Assembly: GCA_964016885.1 (NCBI GenBank)
Contig: OZ024740.1
Location: 254,944,001 to 255,008,000 of the forward strand
Direction of reading: 5' to 3'
DNA from: Eledone cirrhosa
Taxonomy: Eukaryota
Length of the DNA: 64,000 bases
The position numbers and the translations under genes were made by a program. How positions within the stretch are numbered: the stretch's first letter is position 1; each line of letters begins with the position of its first letter. Positions 50,071 to 63,189 of the stretch are shown here, in pieces. The notes below the pieces were generated by a model that saw only the letters and a list, made by a program, of their open reading frames with translations, was not told where the DNA came from and made no database searches.

Positions 50071-52530
50071 AGTGGATAAATAAGCGAGTTTGAACTGAGT
50101 GGAGTAATATCAGGCAAATGAGCCAGTGGGAAATGAGGGTGAAGAGGTTGAGAGAACTGAGGAAGCAACCGAAGCAGCCAATGACCTGAATGCTGAAATG
50201 AATAACATCTGGAACAAAGATACGGCCATTGAGGAAATGAATGCTGACGGGCTAGGGCAAGATTTGGTTGATATTCTGAACTTAGTGGTAGCTGAAATGA
50301 TAATGGAAAACCTATGAACCTAAGATTTGTACACAGGAAAAAGTTAAAAGAAACGACAGCTAAGGTAAACAAGGTCATCCCATACCTTGAGGCGAGGAAC
50401 CTTCACCAATGCAACAATATCCTCAAAGCAACCGCAAATGTGGTGAAAAAATTACTTGGTATAAAAACGAAAGGTAACAACAAACAAGAAAGATCAGAAC
50501 CTTGGTGGAAGAAACGACTGAAAGATAAAATCAAGGAAATGAGAAAAGAGGATAAAATCAAGGAAATAGACACTAAAGATAGATTGAAAATAATATACAA
50601 AACTAAGGGAAAAGAGCTAAATGTTATCATAGAGGAAATTAAGCAAAGATTAAACAATATGACAGAAGATTAAACAGTATAGACAGAACCGCATGTTTGA
50701 CAACAACCAGAAGATGTTGTGGATTGGCAGTATCAGTAGAGAGTCGGACGCCATGCTTTTCAGCATAGTTACGTCCCTTTACGGTCTGAGTTCAAATCCC
50801 GCCGAGGTTCACTTTGCCTTTCATCCTTACGGGGTCGATAAAATAAAGTACCAGTAATGTACTGAGTTATTGCTGGCCTTGTGCCAAAAGTAGAAACAGC
50901 TATTTGAACAGCTAGAAGGGAAAGAAAGAGGCAACGACGTGATCCCTGAGGCGGAACAGACTAAGACATTCTGGAGAGGAATATGGGAGCAAGATGTTGA
51001 ACATAATAGTCAGGCAGTGTAGATTGAGACAGTTAAAAAGGAGAGTAGTGAACAAGCACACCAACAACATGATTTCAGTATCACAGTTAAAACTCTTAAA
51101 GGGCAGGCCAAAAAACTAACCAACTGGAAATCACCAGGCCCAGATGGTGTGCAAGGATATTGGATAAAAAATATAACATCCCTCCACCCAAGTCTGACAG
51201 CCATGTTCAATGATTGCTTGATGTCGAGTGAAGTACCAGAGTGGTTGACAAAAGATACCACAGTTCTGGTAATGAAAGACCGAATCAAAGGTAATGAGGT
51301 TACCAACTATAGGCCTATCACATGTCTGTCCGTAATGTAGAAACTGCTAACAAGCATTGTGTATGAGGAAATCTACTATCACCTCCACATAAACAACTTA
51401 TTGCCGGACGAACAGAAAGAGTGCCGAAAGAAGTCCCGTGGTACAAAAGACCAGTTACTTATTGATAAGATGGTAATAAGGAATTGCAAGGGGAGGCATA
51501 CTGGTCCTGCCATGGGATGGATAGACTACAAGAAGGTATTCGACATGGTTCCTCATTCTTGGATAACCAAAAGCTTAGAGATCTTCATGGTGGCCGACAA
51601 CATCAGACAGCTATTAAGTAAAAGTATGAAGTCCTGGGAAAAAGAGCTAACATCAGGTGGAGAAACCTTGGGAAGCGTTAACATCAAGAGAGGTATCTTC
51701 CAAGGAGATAGTTTGACCCTTTGTTGTTTGTCCTTACAGGGATCCACAGACATGGAGCAAGTTAAAATGAGGAGACCTTAAAAGAGCTACAGAAGGAATG
51801 CTAATGGCTGCACAAGAACAGGCTCTCAAAACGAAGTGGATGAAACACCATATTGACAAGGAGGAGGCTAGCACACTGTGTAGGATCTGTGGAGAGAGAG
51901 AGGAGACTGTGGCTCACATCGTACCCGAGTGTAGACACCTAGCCCAGACTCACTATAAAGGCTGGAGGTATGATATAATAGGAAAGGTGATTCACTGGCA
52001 ATTATGCAAAGTAAATTATTTACTACATTCTGAGAAGTGGCATGAGCATAAACCAGAGTCGGTGATAGAAAACGATCAAGTGAAGGTGTTATGGGATTTT
52101 AGGATACAGACGGACAAGAAATTAGAACACAATAGGCCTGACCTGGTGGTTTTGGACAAGGAAAAAAGATCGTGCCTGATTGTGGGTGTAGCCTGCCCAT
52201 TCGACACGAGAGTGCAAGAGAAGGAGAGGGAGAAAATTAACCGATACCAGGACATACAGTGGGAGGTAAAAAGGATTTGGAACTGCCATGAGGTCAAAGT
52301 GGTCCCGATTGTCATAGGCGCACTAGGTACTATCTCAAAGAGATTACAATGATGGTTAGAGAAGATTAGCCTAGCCCCGTTCATTGGAACACTTCAAAAG
52401 GCATGCTTGCTGGGAACAGCAAGAACCCTCCGATACGTCCTGAATGTCTGCGGCTGCAGGTAGTGGCTTCATATTCATCTCAACAAACTTTCCGGTTAAA
52501 TAACATTAATGACTGAGACTCAAAGAACAA
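50071..52530 (+). mobile_element. R4/Dong-like LINE, degenerate, with RT and restriction-like endonuclease
   Basis: NYRPITCL, DQLLIDK, WIDYKK, GIFQGD, CRIC..EETVAHI..C, RPDL, PFD..K...Y; internal deletion; ends at aacaataataat. Confidence 0.87.
50717..50898 (+). mobile_element. tRNA-derived SINE inserted into the LINE
   Basis: B-box gagttcaaatccc; gcctttcatccttacggggtcgataaaa central domain; 3' end ggccttgtgccaaaagtagaaaca also present at 54279-54307. Confidence 0.75.
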
Positions 52531-52537
52531 TAATAAT

Positions 52538-54107
52538 GCTTTCTTTATTAACCCCAAGGGTTTACATAAAGTAGACATTAAGGACAGTACAGAACAATAC
52601 AGGACGGTACAAATGGGCAATTTCTGCGTGTAAAAACACAGAGGATGTAATAAAAAATAACAATGAAAAATTCACCAATAGGGGGGAGACTTCGGAGGGA
52701 CATTTGTGGAGAAAGCCCATTAAAAGGCCACAGTGACCCTGACCACCAGGGCAAGTGCCCTCTCCCAGTTTTCCACCTTTAATTTACAGACACATTCTTG
52801 CCTCTCTCACCCATCTTTCAACAAAATGCTGGGAAGAGAGCACTTCCCTCTCTACCCTGATTTTCCTTTTCAAATGAAATTTGAAAAAGTTAATCAGGGC
52901 ATCACCGAAGAGGTAAGTGCTCGTCTTCAGCCCTTTCAAACGTGACCACCATACTATCTCTTTCTCCATGGCCACCAGACAGATAAAAACTGCCTGCCCT
53001 TACCGGCTAAAGGAAGGGGGCGGGGCAATCCTCACGATGGACTCAGCTGATAGCTGGATCCGTCCTACACGTGACAACAGGTGTTCGATATAAACCCACA
53101 AGTCAGCAATGCTCGGATACTGGACGAGTGCGTGCAGGACGGTTTGGTCGCCCTGCGCGCATCTCGGACATGCCCGGCTGACGGCACCTCCATGCCTGTA
53201 GAGTTTATCCCGAACTGGCAAAGCTCCTCGGTAGCACTGCCAGGCCAGGGATTTCTGGAAGTTGTTCATAGGCCCCGGCCCGAAAGTCCTTCCGTAGAGA
53301 TTGGCTAGTTGATTTTCGTCGACGCCTAGAGTTTCTCCAAGTACGTCGTCGCTCTTCCCCCCTCCCCACTAATCCTCTATAGAACGCCAAGGTGGAGTTT
53401 CCACCGATCACATTGCCTGATTGGTCAAGGGCTGTGAGCGCCTGAAGACATTCCAGTCTCCAAGCGCTCCCTCTCGGTCTTCGCTTGACCCAGGACTGCA
53501 GCTCCGTCAAGGAGACGAGCTGGGGAAAGACGTGTCTAGCAATCGGCGACCACACCTGATCACCGCCGAGGAAGATGTGGAGATGTCGTAGCCTGAGCGC
53601 GTGTCTGCGCATCATCAGCCACGGCATGCCCAGTCCTCCACATAGCGGGTGTTGACAGCAGATGGACCGCCTGACCATCGGAGCGCGTCCCTTCCACGAA
53701 AAGCGAAAGAGCAAACGCTCCAGCGCAGTCAGGCGGGGCTTAGGACAAGGTACGACGGTCAGGCGGTAGTAGATGACGGACGCGATGTACGCGTTAACCA
53801 CCTCCGCTCGACCTTTCAGGTATAGCTTCCTCTCCGCCCATTTCTGGGTGAGAGAAGCCAGCCTGCTCGTCACCTCGTCCCAGTTTTTGTCCGTCTGGAG
53901 GTCCGGACCGAACCAAACTCCTAGCAATTTAACCGGTCCGTCCGTCCAGCGCCCGACGACGCTGTTGGACGGCATGGACCTGCCTCTCCAGGTGCCGAGC
54001 AGCAGGCCCACTGACTTTTCCTTGTTGATCATTGCTCCTGTCATCGCTTCGTATTCTCTTAGTGTAGTGCCGATCGCCTCGATGTGTTTGGCGTTCGACA
54101 CCACTAC

Positions 54108-54108
<1 letters not shown>
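52538..54108 (-). mobile_element. L1/Tx1-clade LINE, 5'-truncated
   Basis: INKEKS, LLGVWFG, GGLGMP, CPRC...TVLHAL; 3' end AATAAA abuts (AAT)n. Confidence 0.88.
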
Positions 54109-54139
<31 letters not shown>

Positions 54140-54149
54140 GAAGAAGAAT

Positions 54150-57100
54150 GATTTCTTTATAGGCCACAAGGGCTGACATCAAGAAAAACATTACAGACGG
54201 CACAGGACGGTACGATGTGGGTTTTGTGCGTGTAAAGATTTTTATTATTTATATAAAATACCAGTAATTTACTGGTAATTGCTGGCCTTGTGCCAAAAGT
54301 AGAAACAATTATTTATATAAGAAACGAAAAAAAAGTCATAGAAACATATATAAACAATAAAAATGAAAATTCAAACAATGAAAAATTCCCCAATAGGGCG
54401 GAAGCCTCCGAGGGTTACTCGTGGCGAAAACCACACAAAAGACCACGGCCACCCTGACCACCAGGGCAAGCGCCCTCTCTCAATTTTTTTCCATTCCTCA
54501 AACTACAAGCGTATATTCAGAGCGGTCCGATTCACTCGGACCATTCTCGCTACATTCACCCACCTTTCAACAAACTTGCCTCTCCACCCTGATTTTCCTC
54601 TTCAAGTGAAACTTGAAAAAGTTAATCAGGGATTCGCCGAAGAGGAAAGTGTCTGTCTTTAACCCTTTCAACCTTGTCCACCACACAATCTCTTTCGCCA
54701 TGGCCACCAGGCAGATGAAAACCGCCTGCCCTTCCTCCTCGAAGGAAGACGGTGAAACCATCTGCACAATGGACTCAGTCGATAACCGGATTAGTCCTAC
54801 ACGCGACACAAGTCAGCAATGCTCGGGCACTGAACGAGTGCGTGCACGACGGTTTCGTCGCTATGCGCCCATCTCGGACAGGCTCGGCTGACGGCACTTC
54901 CGTGCCTGTAGAGCTTATCTCGAACCGGCAGCGCTCCCCGGTAGTACTGCCAGGCCAGGGATTTTTGGAAGTTATCCATAGGCCCCGGGCTGAAAGTTCT
55001 CCGGAAGAGAGCAAACAGCTGATCTTCTTCGACGCCCAGGATCTCCCCGAGAATGTCATCGCTCTTCCCCTCCACTAGTCCTCTATAGAACGCCGAGGTG
55101 GATGTTCCACCGATACCGGTGCCCAGCTGGCAGAGGGCAGTGAGCGCCTGGAGACATTCCAGTTTCCAAGCGCTATCCCTCGGTCTTTTTCTGACACAGG
55201 ACTGCAGCTCCGTCAAGGAGACTAGCTGTGGGAAAACGTTCCTGGCGAACGGCGACCACACCTGTTCACCATCAAGGAAGCACCAGAGATGTCCCAGCCT
55301 CAGCGCATGTTTGCGCATCATCAGCCATGGCATGCCCAGTCCTCCACGCAACGGGTGTTGACAGCAGATGGATCGTCTGACCATGGAAGCGCGTCCCTTC
55401 CACAAAAAGCGGAAGAGGAGGCTCTCCATTTTGGTGAGAGTTGGGCTGGAGCAAGGGACGACGGTGAGGCGGTAGCAGATGACGGATACGATGTACGCAT
55501 TCACCACCTTCGCCCGGCCTTTCAGGGACAGCTTCCTCTCGGCCCATTTCTGGGTGAGGGAGGCCACCCTGCTCGTCGCCTCGCTCCAGTTTCTCTCCAT
55601 CTAGAGGCCCGGTCCGAACCAGACCCGAGCAATTTAATCGGTCCGTCCAACGCCCCACGACGCTGTCGGACGGCATGGACCTGACTCTCCAGGTGCCGAG
55701 CTGCAAGCCCACCGACTTTTCCTGGTTAATCTTTGCTCCTGTCACCGCTTCGTATTCCTTGAGAGCGGTGCCGAGCATCTGGACGTGTCTGGTGCTCGAC
55801 ACCCCCACAGTTAAGTTATCAGCGTAAGCCACACGGATTTCCCGCATCATATTCGTGTGGGACGCCCCTCATCGCCCCAGGGTTTGTGCAGTAACAACTC
55901 GAGAGCCACTACGTACAAGAGGGATGAGAGGGGACAACCCTGGCGGACCGAGCGCATGATGCTAAACGCCTGCGACAGGTGACCGTTCACCCTCACAACT
56001 GAGCAGATGGGCTTGAAATTATCTATGTTATCCTCCTTGTTCGGATCCTTTCTCAGCAGCTCCACCGCTCCTCGGCTCACAGAGCTGGGAATTCTCCCGT
56101 TCTGATGCCAGTTGCAGTAGACGCCTGCCAAGAGGTCTCCGAACAAGTCTGGCATCTGTACCTAAAGTTCATAGGGCAGACCATCCAAACCAGGCGATTT
56201 ACCCCTTGTGCAGCCAGTCATTGCCTCCCGTACTTCAGCTGCTGTTATCGGCTTTTCGCAACACTCCACCACAGTGAACGAGAGCCGCGGCAGTCCGTCG
56301 AGGTAGGCACTAAAGTCCATCCTTCGATCCGGCCCGCCGCTGTTTCCGAAGAGCTGAGCGAAGTGTCGCCAAAGAACGGGTCGTGGCTTTGTTGCCACGA
56401 CGTGCCTCCGCCACTCGGGCCCATTGAACGGCTTTCGTCTCTTCGTGTCTGAGAGCACTCACCCTATCCCCGACAACGCAGCCTTCGTGCTTTGCTTTGA
56501 AGAATTGGTCAAGGGCCAATTTCGCCGCAGGTACGTCGGTCGCGATGCTTTTGCAAAGCGCCTCGTCCAATTTTCTAACTAATTCTCCCTCTGCTCTATT
56601 TTTCTCTATTGCTAAAGCGTTACTAAACCTAATGGACTCTATTCTAATTGCTCTTTTCAAAGCAAACCACTATTTGTTGTTGACGATGGCCCCCGTCAAC
56701 GCCCGCTTAACTAATTCGCTAATTCGGTCTCTGTAGGCCTTGTGCGCTGTTAATGACGCGTTTAGCTTCCAGTAACCAGGTCCCTGTCTATGAAGCCTAT
56801 CTAAGTCAACCTCACAGATCACGAATTTGTGGTCCGTGTAGTCGACTATTTTGGAATGTGGACAGCCTATGCTATACCTATCTATTTCCCTACAAAATAC
56901 CCTATCTAGATATGATCTGGATGATCCGATGCGGTTTGTAAAGTCCACATTGGCACATTCGGGAAATCCAGATGGTACCTGTCAGACAGTTGAAACCGTC
57001 TGAGCAGGTTTGCGAGGCTTTTACACCCTCCTCCCCTATCCGCTAATCCCACACAGTCCCAGCGTGCATCCGAGATCCCGTTCCAGTCGCCCACTAACAC

Positions 57101-59710
57101 TAAAGAGCGGGACGTTCCAAGAAAGGTCTCCAGACGCCAGAAGAAATCAGGCTGCCCTGCTCCTGTCGGGGAATAGACGGCCATTAGCCTGAAAGCTTTC
57201 CCGTCTCCGCTGGTCACGTCCAGCACCACCAACTTACCTTCTGGCTCCGTATGGTGAGTTCCGAAAAAGCACAGTAACTCCTCCCTCCGATCCCGGACGG
57301 CTGGGAGATGCGTACACGTCGTAGCCGCAGAAGATCGGTGCGAAGGCCCGTGCTTCGGAGATTCTGGTCTCGCTGATGGCCACCACATCTATGTTTAGTG
57401 ACCTGAGGTCGTTGTGCAGGTGGCTCTGCTTCCATGACGACCCCAGGCCACGCGCATTTATGCTGTCTATTCTGAGTGAGATCATGTTGAAAAGGTGGGA
57501 AAAAAGATGGGAAAAGCCACTTACCTCACTTCTCGTAGAGGAAGGATGCTTTTTTCCATCCTTCTCACTGCTTGTGGCCTCCTACGGAAGGATGTCCTTA
57601 TAAATCCTCCAGGAGAATGTTTGTCGGAAGTCTCCGTTGTACTTGGGGAATTTTAATTTTAGTGTCGGGTACGTTTTCTGTGTGATGCGAGTCATTTGTA
57701 TGTGTGGAGGTGGTGTGAATTTTTGGAGTGTTGTGTAGTCTTTTTCTGTGATGCTGGTGTTGTGTTGGATGAAATAATTGGTTGTTCAAATTTAATGCTG
57801 TGTAGTGTGTATCGTTTTGTTTGCTTTGTTTTGTTTGCGTTTGTTGTGGGTTTGTTTCTGTTTCGCTTTTTGGTGATTTTTGTGGTGTTGGTGATGGTGG
57901 TGTTTGGGTTAATGATGGTGATTGTGTTGGTGTTTGTGGTTATGGGGCTGGTGATGCTGGTGTGGGTGGTGGCACAGCTGCCTTAACTTTTTTGTTTGTT
58001 TGTTTGTTTGTTTGTTTCACCCTGCATTTTGTTTTTGGAGGGGGAAGGAAGAGGATTTTTTTCTTTTTCCTGATACCGTTTCCCACTCGTCGTCGTCACA
58101 ATCTGTCTCCAGTTGCGATAGGTCAGGGAGTGGAAAATCCTCCACAGGCGTTGGTTTTGTTTATGGCGTGGTGGATGGTGGAGGCGCTGGTGCTAATTAT
58201 GGTGCGGTGGGTGGCGGTGGTGTTGGTTTTGCTACTGTTGCTGGGGTTGTTGCTGCTACAGTTGCTTCTGTTGTTGCTGCTACAGTTGTTGCTGCCATTT
58301 CTGTTGCTGGTGATTTAGATGGTTGAGTCACTGACGTGGGTAGGAGAGGTGGCCTCAACTTTTTAGCCTGAGGGCAGAAAGCCTTTAGGTGGGTTCCTTC
58401 GCCACAAACGACACACCTAGGCCTTCTACCCTCAACGATTACGGTGAGGTGGCTGCCGTCATTGAGGTCTATCCTCTGCAATTTCCTCAATGTTTTTTTG
58501 GTCCGCTTGGATCAGGAGCTCCATCCCAGATCCGGACCAGTTCTCTTACTTTTATTTTGTTACCTTAATTATTTTAGTGTTGGCCTCGATGCCGGCGAGG
58601 ACGGTAGCCATTAGCCAGGGAATTTCGATGGCCGGCGGAACGTGGGTTACTCTGATCTTCGCGAGTCTCTGACCACAATAGCTTGGGGCGAGTGTGAACT
58701 CGTCACTTCTTAATGGGGCCATGGAGTGCTGTCTGGCTTCCTGTGGGGTTCCAAAGAACACGTCCACGGTTCTATATTTCTGCCCACGTCTGATGTGGGT
58801 TTTTTACGCCTACACATGTCCCAAAGCTTTTTGTATCTGGGACTCGGATGGCCGTTCCACTCGGCGTTATTTTGTGTTTACCGATATGACACGGTGCATA
58901 GGCGCCGATGTTCAATTTTATTAGATGGAGGTAAGTGTGGGGTGGGGTGAGGCTGACCCTGTACCCATCTTTTTTTACCATTCTCTTGGCTTCATTTAAT
59001 TCATCCTGCCTTACCTCGATTGTTTCGCTTTTCTTGGCTGCTTTGGCGAAGGACACATTTTGTTTTGCGCTGGTGTTGATGTTGTTGTTGTTATTCTCAT
59101 TGTTGTTGTTGTTGCTGTTGTTGTTATTGTTAGTTTTGTTATTGTTATTTTTAGTTTCAGTTGTGGTGGTGGTGATGGTGGTGGTGGTGGTATCAATGGT
59201 GTTCGGCGTGGAAGAGTCGATTCTGGGTGAACCCATTTCGATATCACGAGATAACAATTTAATTTTTGTTTCTGTTGTCGCTGTGGTGGTGGTGGTGGTA
59301 TCAGTGGTGTTGGTTGTTCTTTTTGACATTGTGGTGGTGGGGGTGGCGGCTTTAACACCTGCAGTTATTGGTAATGGCGGGAAATCCATGTCTTTATGCG
59401 GCAAATCTAAATAATTGAGACTGTTATTAATTATATTTTCAGTGTTGGCAACCGTGGCAAGGCTTACAATAGTGTTGGTGGTGGTGGTGGGGATGTTGGT
59501 CTGTTAAAAACAGGAGATTTGTCGTCCATGTTTTTTTTTTAAAGAAATATTTTGTTTGATAAATAAAAAGTTTAAATTTTGGGCTCAAGGCCCCAATATT
59601 ATTGAGTGTCCTTTTCAGAAAGCATTATATGTATAACTGGCAATTTGAAACAACGGTAAACAACAAACCTTTGTGGAGCTCACGATAATACGATTTCCTA
59701 CTTAGGTCGC
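54150..59710 (-). mobile_element. Full-length L1/Tx1-clade LINE (ORF1 gag-knuckle, ORF2 APE-RT), disrupted
   Basis: ORF1 ~59529-57600 with CVVCGEGTHLKAFC; ORF2 from 57485 with NARGL, SET, GDWN, LDRVF, TDH, WKLN, KSPGLDG, RQGCPLS, YAD; (AAT)n on both sides. Confidence 0.92.
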
Positions 59711-59711
59711 C

Positions 59712-59767
<56 letters not shown>

Positions 59768-59769
<2 letters not shown>

Positions 59770-62700
59770 TGATCAGATCAAGCTATTAGCACAAAGTCAG
59801 CGAAGGGAAAATGAAACATGTGTCAGTGAAAACGAGGTAAATTGTAACACTTTGAATCCCAGGGTTGGGGCGGAATCACTGGCAACAGAACAAATTAAAG
59901 AAAGGATCGAAAAAGTGGAGGGAGTGCATGCTCAAGATGAAACTCCAAATGAAAATAATGAGATCGTAAATGATAAAGAAATGAATGAGAATAAACTTGC
60001 CAACTTGAAGGATGAAATTATGATCGAATGGATGAAAATGAAAGAATCTGACATGGGGCAACGAGACACCCTCCCTAAGATCCAGAACTCCAAACAGAAC
60101 CAAAAGATAATACACAAGACTAACATAGTTCTCAAAAACATTATCATCACAAACAAACTAAACATTACTGATTTAAATCATCTCTATTATGCATCGGCTA
60201 AAGTCACCACTCACTTATGTGGAGTGAAGATGAAAAAACAAAGGAATTCCCACAAGAAATCTACTTGGCAAGAGAACATCAATCGCCAAATAAACCTTCT
60301 CCGATCTGACATAGAAATTTTAACAAACTATAAAGTAGGTGAACATGTTAAACAAACTAAACTTAGAAAATTGAAAAAAAAGTACAGTATAAAATCAACA
60401 AGTGATATAGACATGCTGATAGAAATAATCAAGCAAAAAGTGTCGGCCAAAGCTGTTCGTATAAGGCGCTTTGAAAAACGATCTAGATTCTATAAGGAAA
60501 ATAATATGTTCAAAAACAACCAAAGAAACTTCTACAGAAAAATTGATAAGTCAACAATAACTGCTAAATCAATACCACCCAAGGAGGAAGTGCAAGAATT
60601 CTGGGAAAAGATCTGGGCCGAAGAAAAAGTTCATAACATACATGCCCCATGGATAGACAGACAAATGAAAGATACAGCTCACCTTGAGGAACAAATATGG
60701 GAAAATATAACAGTTGAACAGTTGCGCTTGGCTCTAAGAAAAACCAGCAAATGGAAATCCCCAGGAAAAGACAAAATACAAAACTTTTGGATAAATGCCT
60801 TCACAGAGTCTCATGAGCTGTTAGCCCAACTTTACAATGAAATAGTTAAGGAGCCAGAAAAGATACCATCATGGCTAGTTAACGGCATTACATTCCTGCT
60901 TCCGAAGAATGATGAGACAAACAATCCCAAAAGTAACAGACCGATAACTTGCTTGACCACAATGTATAAAATTTTAACATCAGTCCTAACTGAATACACA
61001 TATGACCACCTGATAACAAATGACCTATTTTCCATTGAGCAGAAAGGGTGTAAACGAGGCTCATATGGCTGTAAGGATCAGCTTCTGGTTAACAAAATGA
61101 TACTGGAAGATTGTCATAATAGACACAAAAATCTATCGATTGCTTGGATAGATTATAAAAAAGCATTCGATAGTTTGCCACACAGTTGGATTGAAAAATG
61201 TTTAGAGATTTTCAAAATATCCCCCGTTGTCAGGAGGTTTTTGTCATTCAGTATGAAGACATGGAAAACGACACTCCTTTTGAATAGTGAAACAAAATCA
61301 CTGGAAGCTGGAGAAGTTAATATTAATTGTGGAATTTTTCAGGGTGACTCTTTATCACCGCTTTTATTCTGCATCGCACTTATACCATTAAGTAAAATGC
61401 TCAATGAAACAAAACATGGATATAAACTCTATGACAAAACCATTAATCACTTGTTCTACATGGATGACCTGAAACTATTTGCAAAAAATGATGAACAATT
61501 GCAAGGGCTATTATCCACTGTGGAGCAGTTCAGTGATGACATTAAAATGGAGTTTGGACTAGATAAATGCGCCAAAGCAACGTTCACCAGAGGAAAGCTG
61601 CCGAAGAGTTCAGACATTAATCTTGATCGGGGGAACGTGATAAGAGAACTTGATCAAGAAAAAACTTACAAATATCTAGGTGTTTGTGAAGGAGACGGAA
61701 TCAAGCACTCGACAATGAGGGAAAGGATAAGGAAGGAATGTTACCGCAGAGTAAGAGCAATCTTAAGAACGGAATTGAATGCAAGGAATAGGATCGATGC
61801 CATAAACACGCTTGCCATACCACTAGTAACCTACAGTTACAATGTCATAAACTGGTCAAGCACAGAGATCCGTAGGCTCGATACAAAAATTCGAAAATTC
61901 TTAACAATGCACAGAATGCATCACCCTAAGGCAGATATAGATAGAATATATCTCCCTAGGAAAGAAGGAGGACGTGGGTTAATCCAGTTAGACATTGCGT
62001 TGAAAACTGCAACAATTGGATTATCTACATATCTAAGGGAATCACATGATTGGATGATCAAACTCGTTTTGAAACACGAAAGCATCAAAAGATCATATTC
62101 CATTACAAAAGATGCACAAAGATACAGTAATGGACTACAAATTTCAGAAGTCCCATTTACTGCTGAAATGGAAAACACAGAAAAAGCAAAGCAGGTAAAA
62201 GTAACTGCAAAGAAAGAACTGCTACAGAAACTGGCTAAGAAATGGCAAGAAAAGCCTCTGTATGGAAAATACCCAGAGCGAGCTAACAATCCTGATGTTG
62301 ACAAAACTTTAACCCATCAGTGGTTGGCATCCTCTGGACTGAAATCGGAGACTGAAGGACTGATTATATCAGCACAAGATCAGTGTCTGCCAACAAAAAA
62401 TTACCAAGCCAACATAATAAAAAATGGATGCAGCCCATTATGCCGTGTATGCAAAAAACAACCAGAGACCATTGACCATATAATTTCAATGTGCAGTCCT
62501 ATAGCTCCAACCGAATACCTAAACAGGCATGACAGAGCTGCACAATACATACATTGGATAATGTGTAAGCATTTTGACCTGCCCCATCAAAAGAATTGGT
62601 GGGAGCATCAACAACCTCCCATACTTGAAAAAGATCACATCTCAATCTTGTGGAACTTTAGCATCCAAACAGACCGAAAAATAGATGCAAATAGACCTGA

Positions 62701-63150
62701 TATAATATTGAAGGACTTTAAAAAGAGGGTATGCCTGCTAATTGATATGTCTGTTCCAATAGACAAGAATGTATCTATAAAAACATTTGAAAAATTGAGC
62801 AAGTATAAGGACCTGGAGATAGAAATTGGAAAAATGTGGAAATTGAGAACTAAAACAATACCAGTGGTTGTAGGCGCTCTGGGAATGATACCTAAGGGGT
62901 CTAATGATTACTTATCGCAAATCCCAGGAAACCCTCGTATAGGAGAAATACAAAAGATAGTACTAATGGGAACTAACCATATACTAAGGAAGATTCTGTC
63001 AATATAAGTACATCACAAGTCTAAACACTAAAGATGCATGTGTGAGTATGTATGTTCTTTCTTGAACATGGCGGACCTTGTCGTCTCTTGAGGTCACTGG
63101 TTGTGACTTGGTGATAACTCGTATGAACATAAAGTAAGATAAATGCAACT

Positions 63151-63151
<1 letters not shown>
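59768..63151 (+). mobile_element. R4/Dong-like element flanked by (AAT)n tracts
   Basis: (AAT)n at 59711-59767 and 63152-63188. Confidence 0.9.
59852..63007 (+). CDS. R4/Dong-like non-LTR retrotransposon ORF (RT + CCHC + restriction-like endonuclease), uninterrupted but 5'-truncated
   Basis: 1051 aa; KSPGKD, RPITCL, DQLL, WIDYKKAFDS, GIFQGDSLSP, YMDD, CRVC..ETIDHI..C, RHD, RPD; frame stays open upstream to the (TAA)n tract. Confidence 0.93.
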   Translation: MNPRVGAESLATEQIKERIEKVEGVHAQDETPNENNEIVNDKEMNENKLANLKDEIMIEWMKMKESDMGQRDTLPKIQNSKQNQKIIHKTNIVLKNIIITNKLNITDLNHLYYASAKVTTHLCGVKMKKQRNSHKKSTWQENINRQINLLRSDIEILTNYKVGEHVKQTKLRKLKKKYSIKSTSDIDMLIEIIKQKVSAKAVRIRRFEKRSRFYKENNMFKNNQRNFYRKIDKSTITAKSIPPKEEVQEFWEKIWAEEKVHNIHAPWIDRQMKDTAHLEEQIWENITVEQLRLALRKTSKWKSPGKDKIQNFWINAFTESHELLAQLYNEIVKEPEKIPSWLVNGITFLLPKNDETNNPKSNRPITCLTTMYKILTSVLTEYTYDHLITNDLFSIEQKGCKRGSYGCKDQLLVNKMILEDCHNRHKNLSIAWIDYKKAFDSLPHSWIEKCLEIFKISPVVRRFLSFSMKTWKTTLLLNSETKSLEAGEVNINCGIFQGDSLSPLLFCIALIPLSKMLNETKHGYKLYDKTINHLFYMDDLKLFAKNDEQLQGLLSTVEQFSDDIKMEFGLDKCAKATFTRGKLPKSSDINLDRGNVIRELDQEKTYKYLGVCEGDGIKHSTMRERIRKECYRRVRAILRTELNARNRIDAINTLAIPLVTYSYNVINWSSTEIRRLDTKIRKFLTMHRMHHPKADIDRIYLPRKEGGRGLIQLDIALKTATIGLSTYLRESHDWMIKLVLKHESIKRSYSITKDAQRYSNGLQISEVPFTAEMENTEKAKQVKVTAKKELLQKLAKKWQEKPLYGKYPERANNPDVDKTLTHQWLASSGLKSETEGLIISAQDQCLPTKNYQANIIKNGCSPLCRVCKKQPETIDHIISMCSPIAPTEYLNRHDRAAQYIHWIMCKHFDLPHQKNWWEHQQPPILEKDHISILWNFSIQTDRKIDANRPDIILKDFKKRVCLLIDMSVPIDKNVSIKTFEKLSKYKDLEIEIGKMWKLRTKTIPVVVGALGMIPKGSNDYLSQIPGNPRIGEIQKIVLMGTNHILRKILSI

Positions 63152-63188
<37 letters not shown>

Positions 63189-63189
<1 letters not shown>

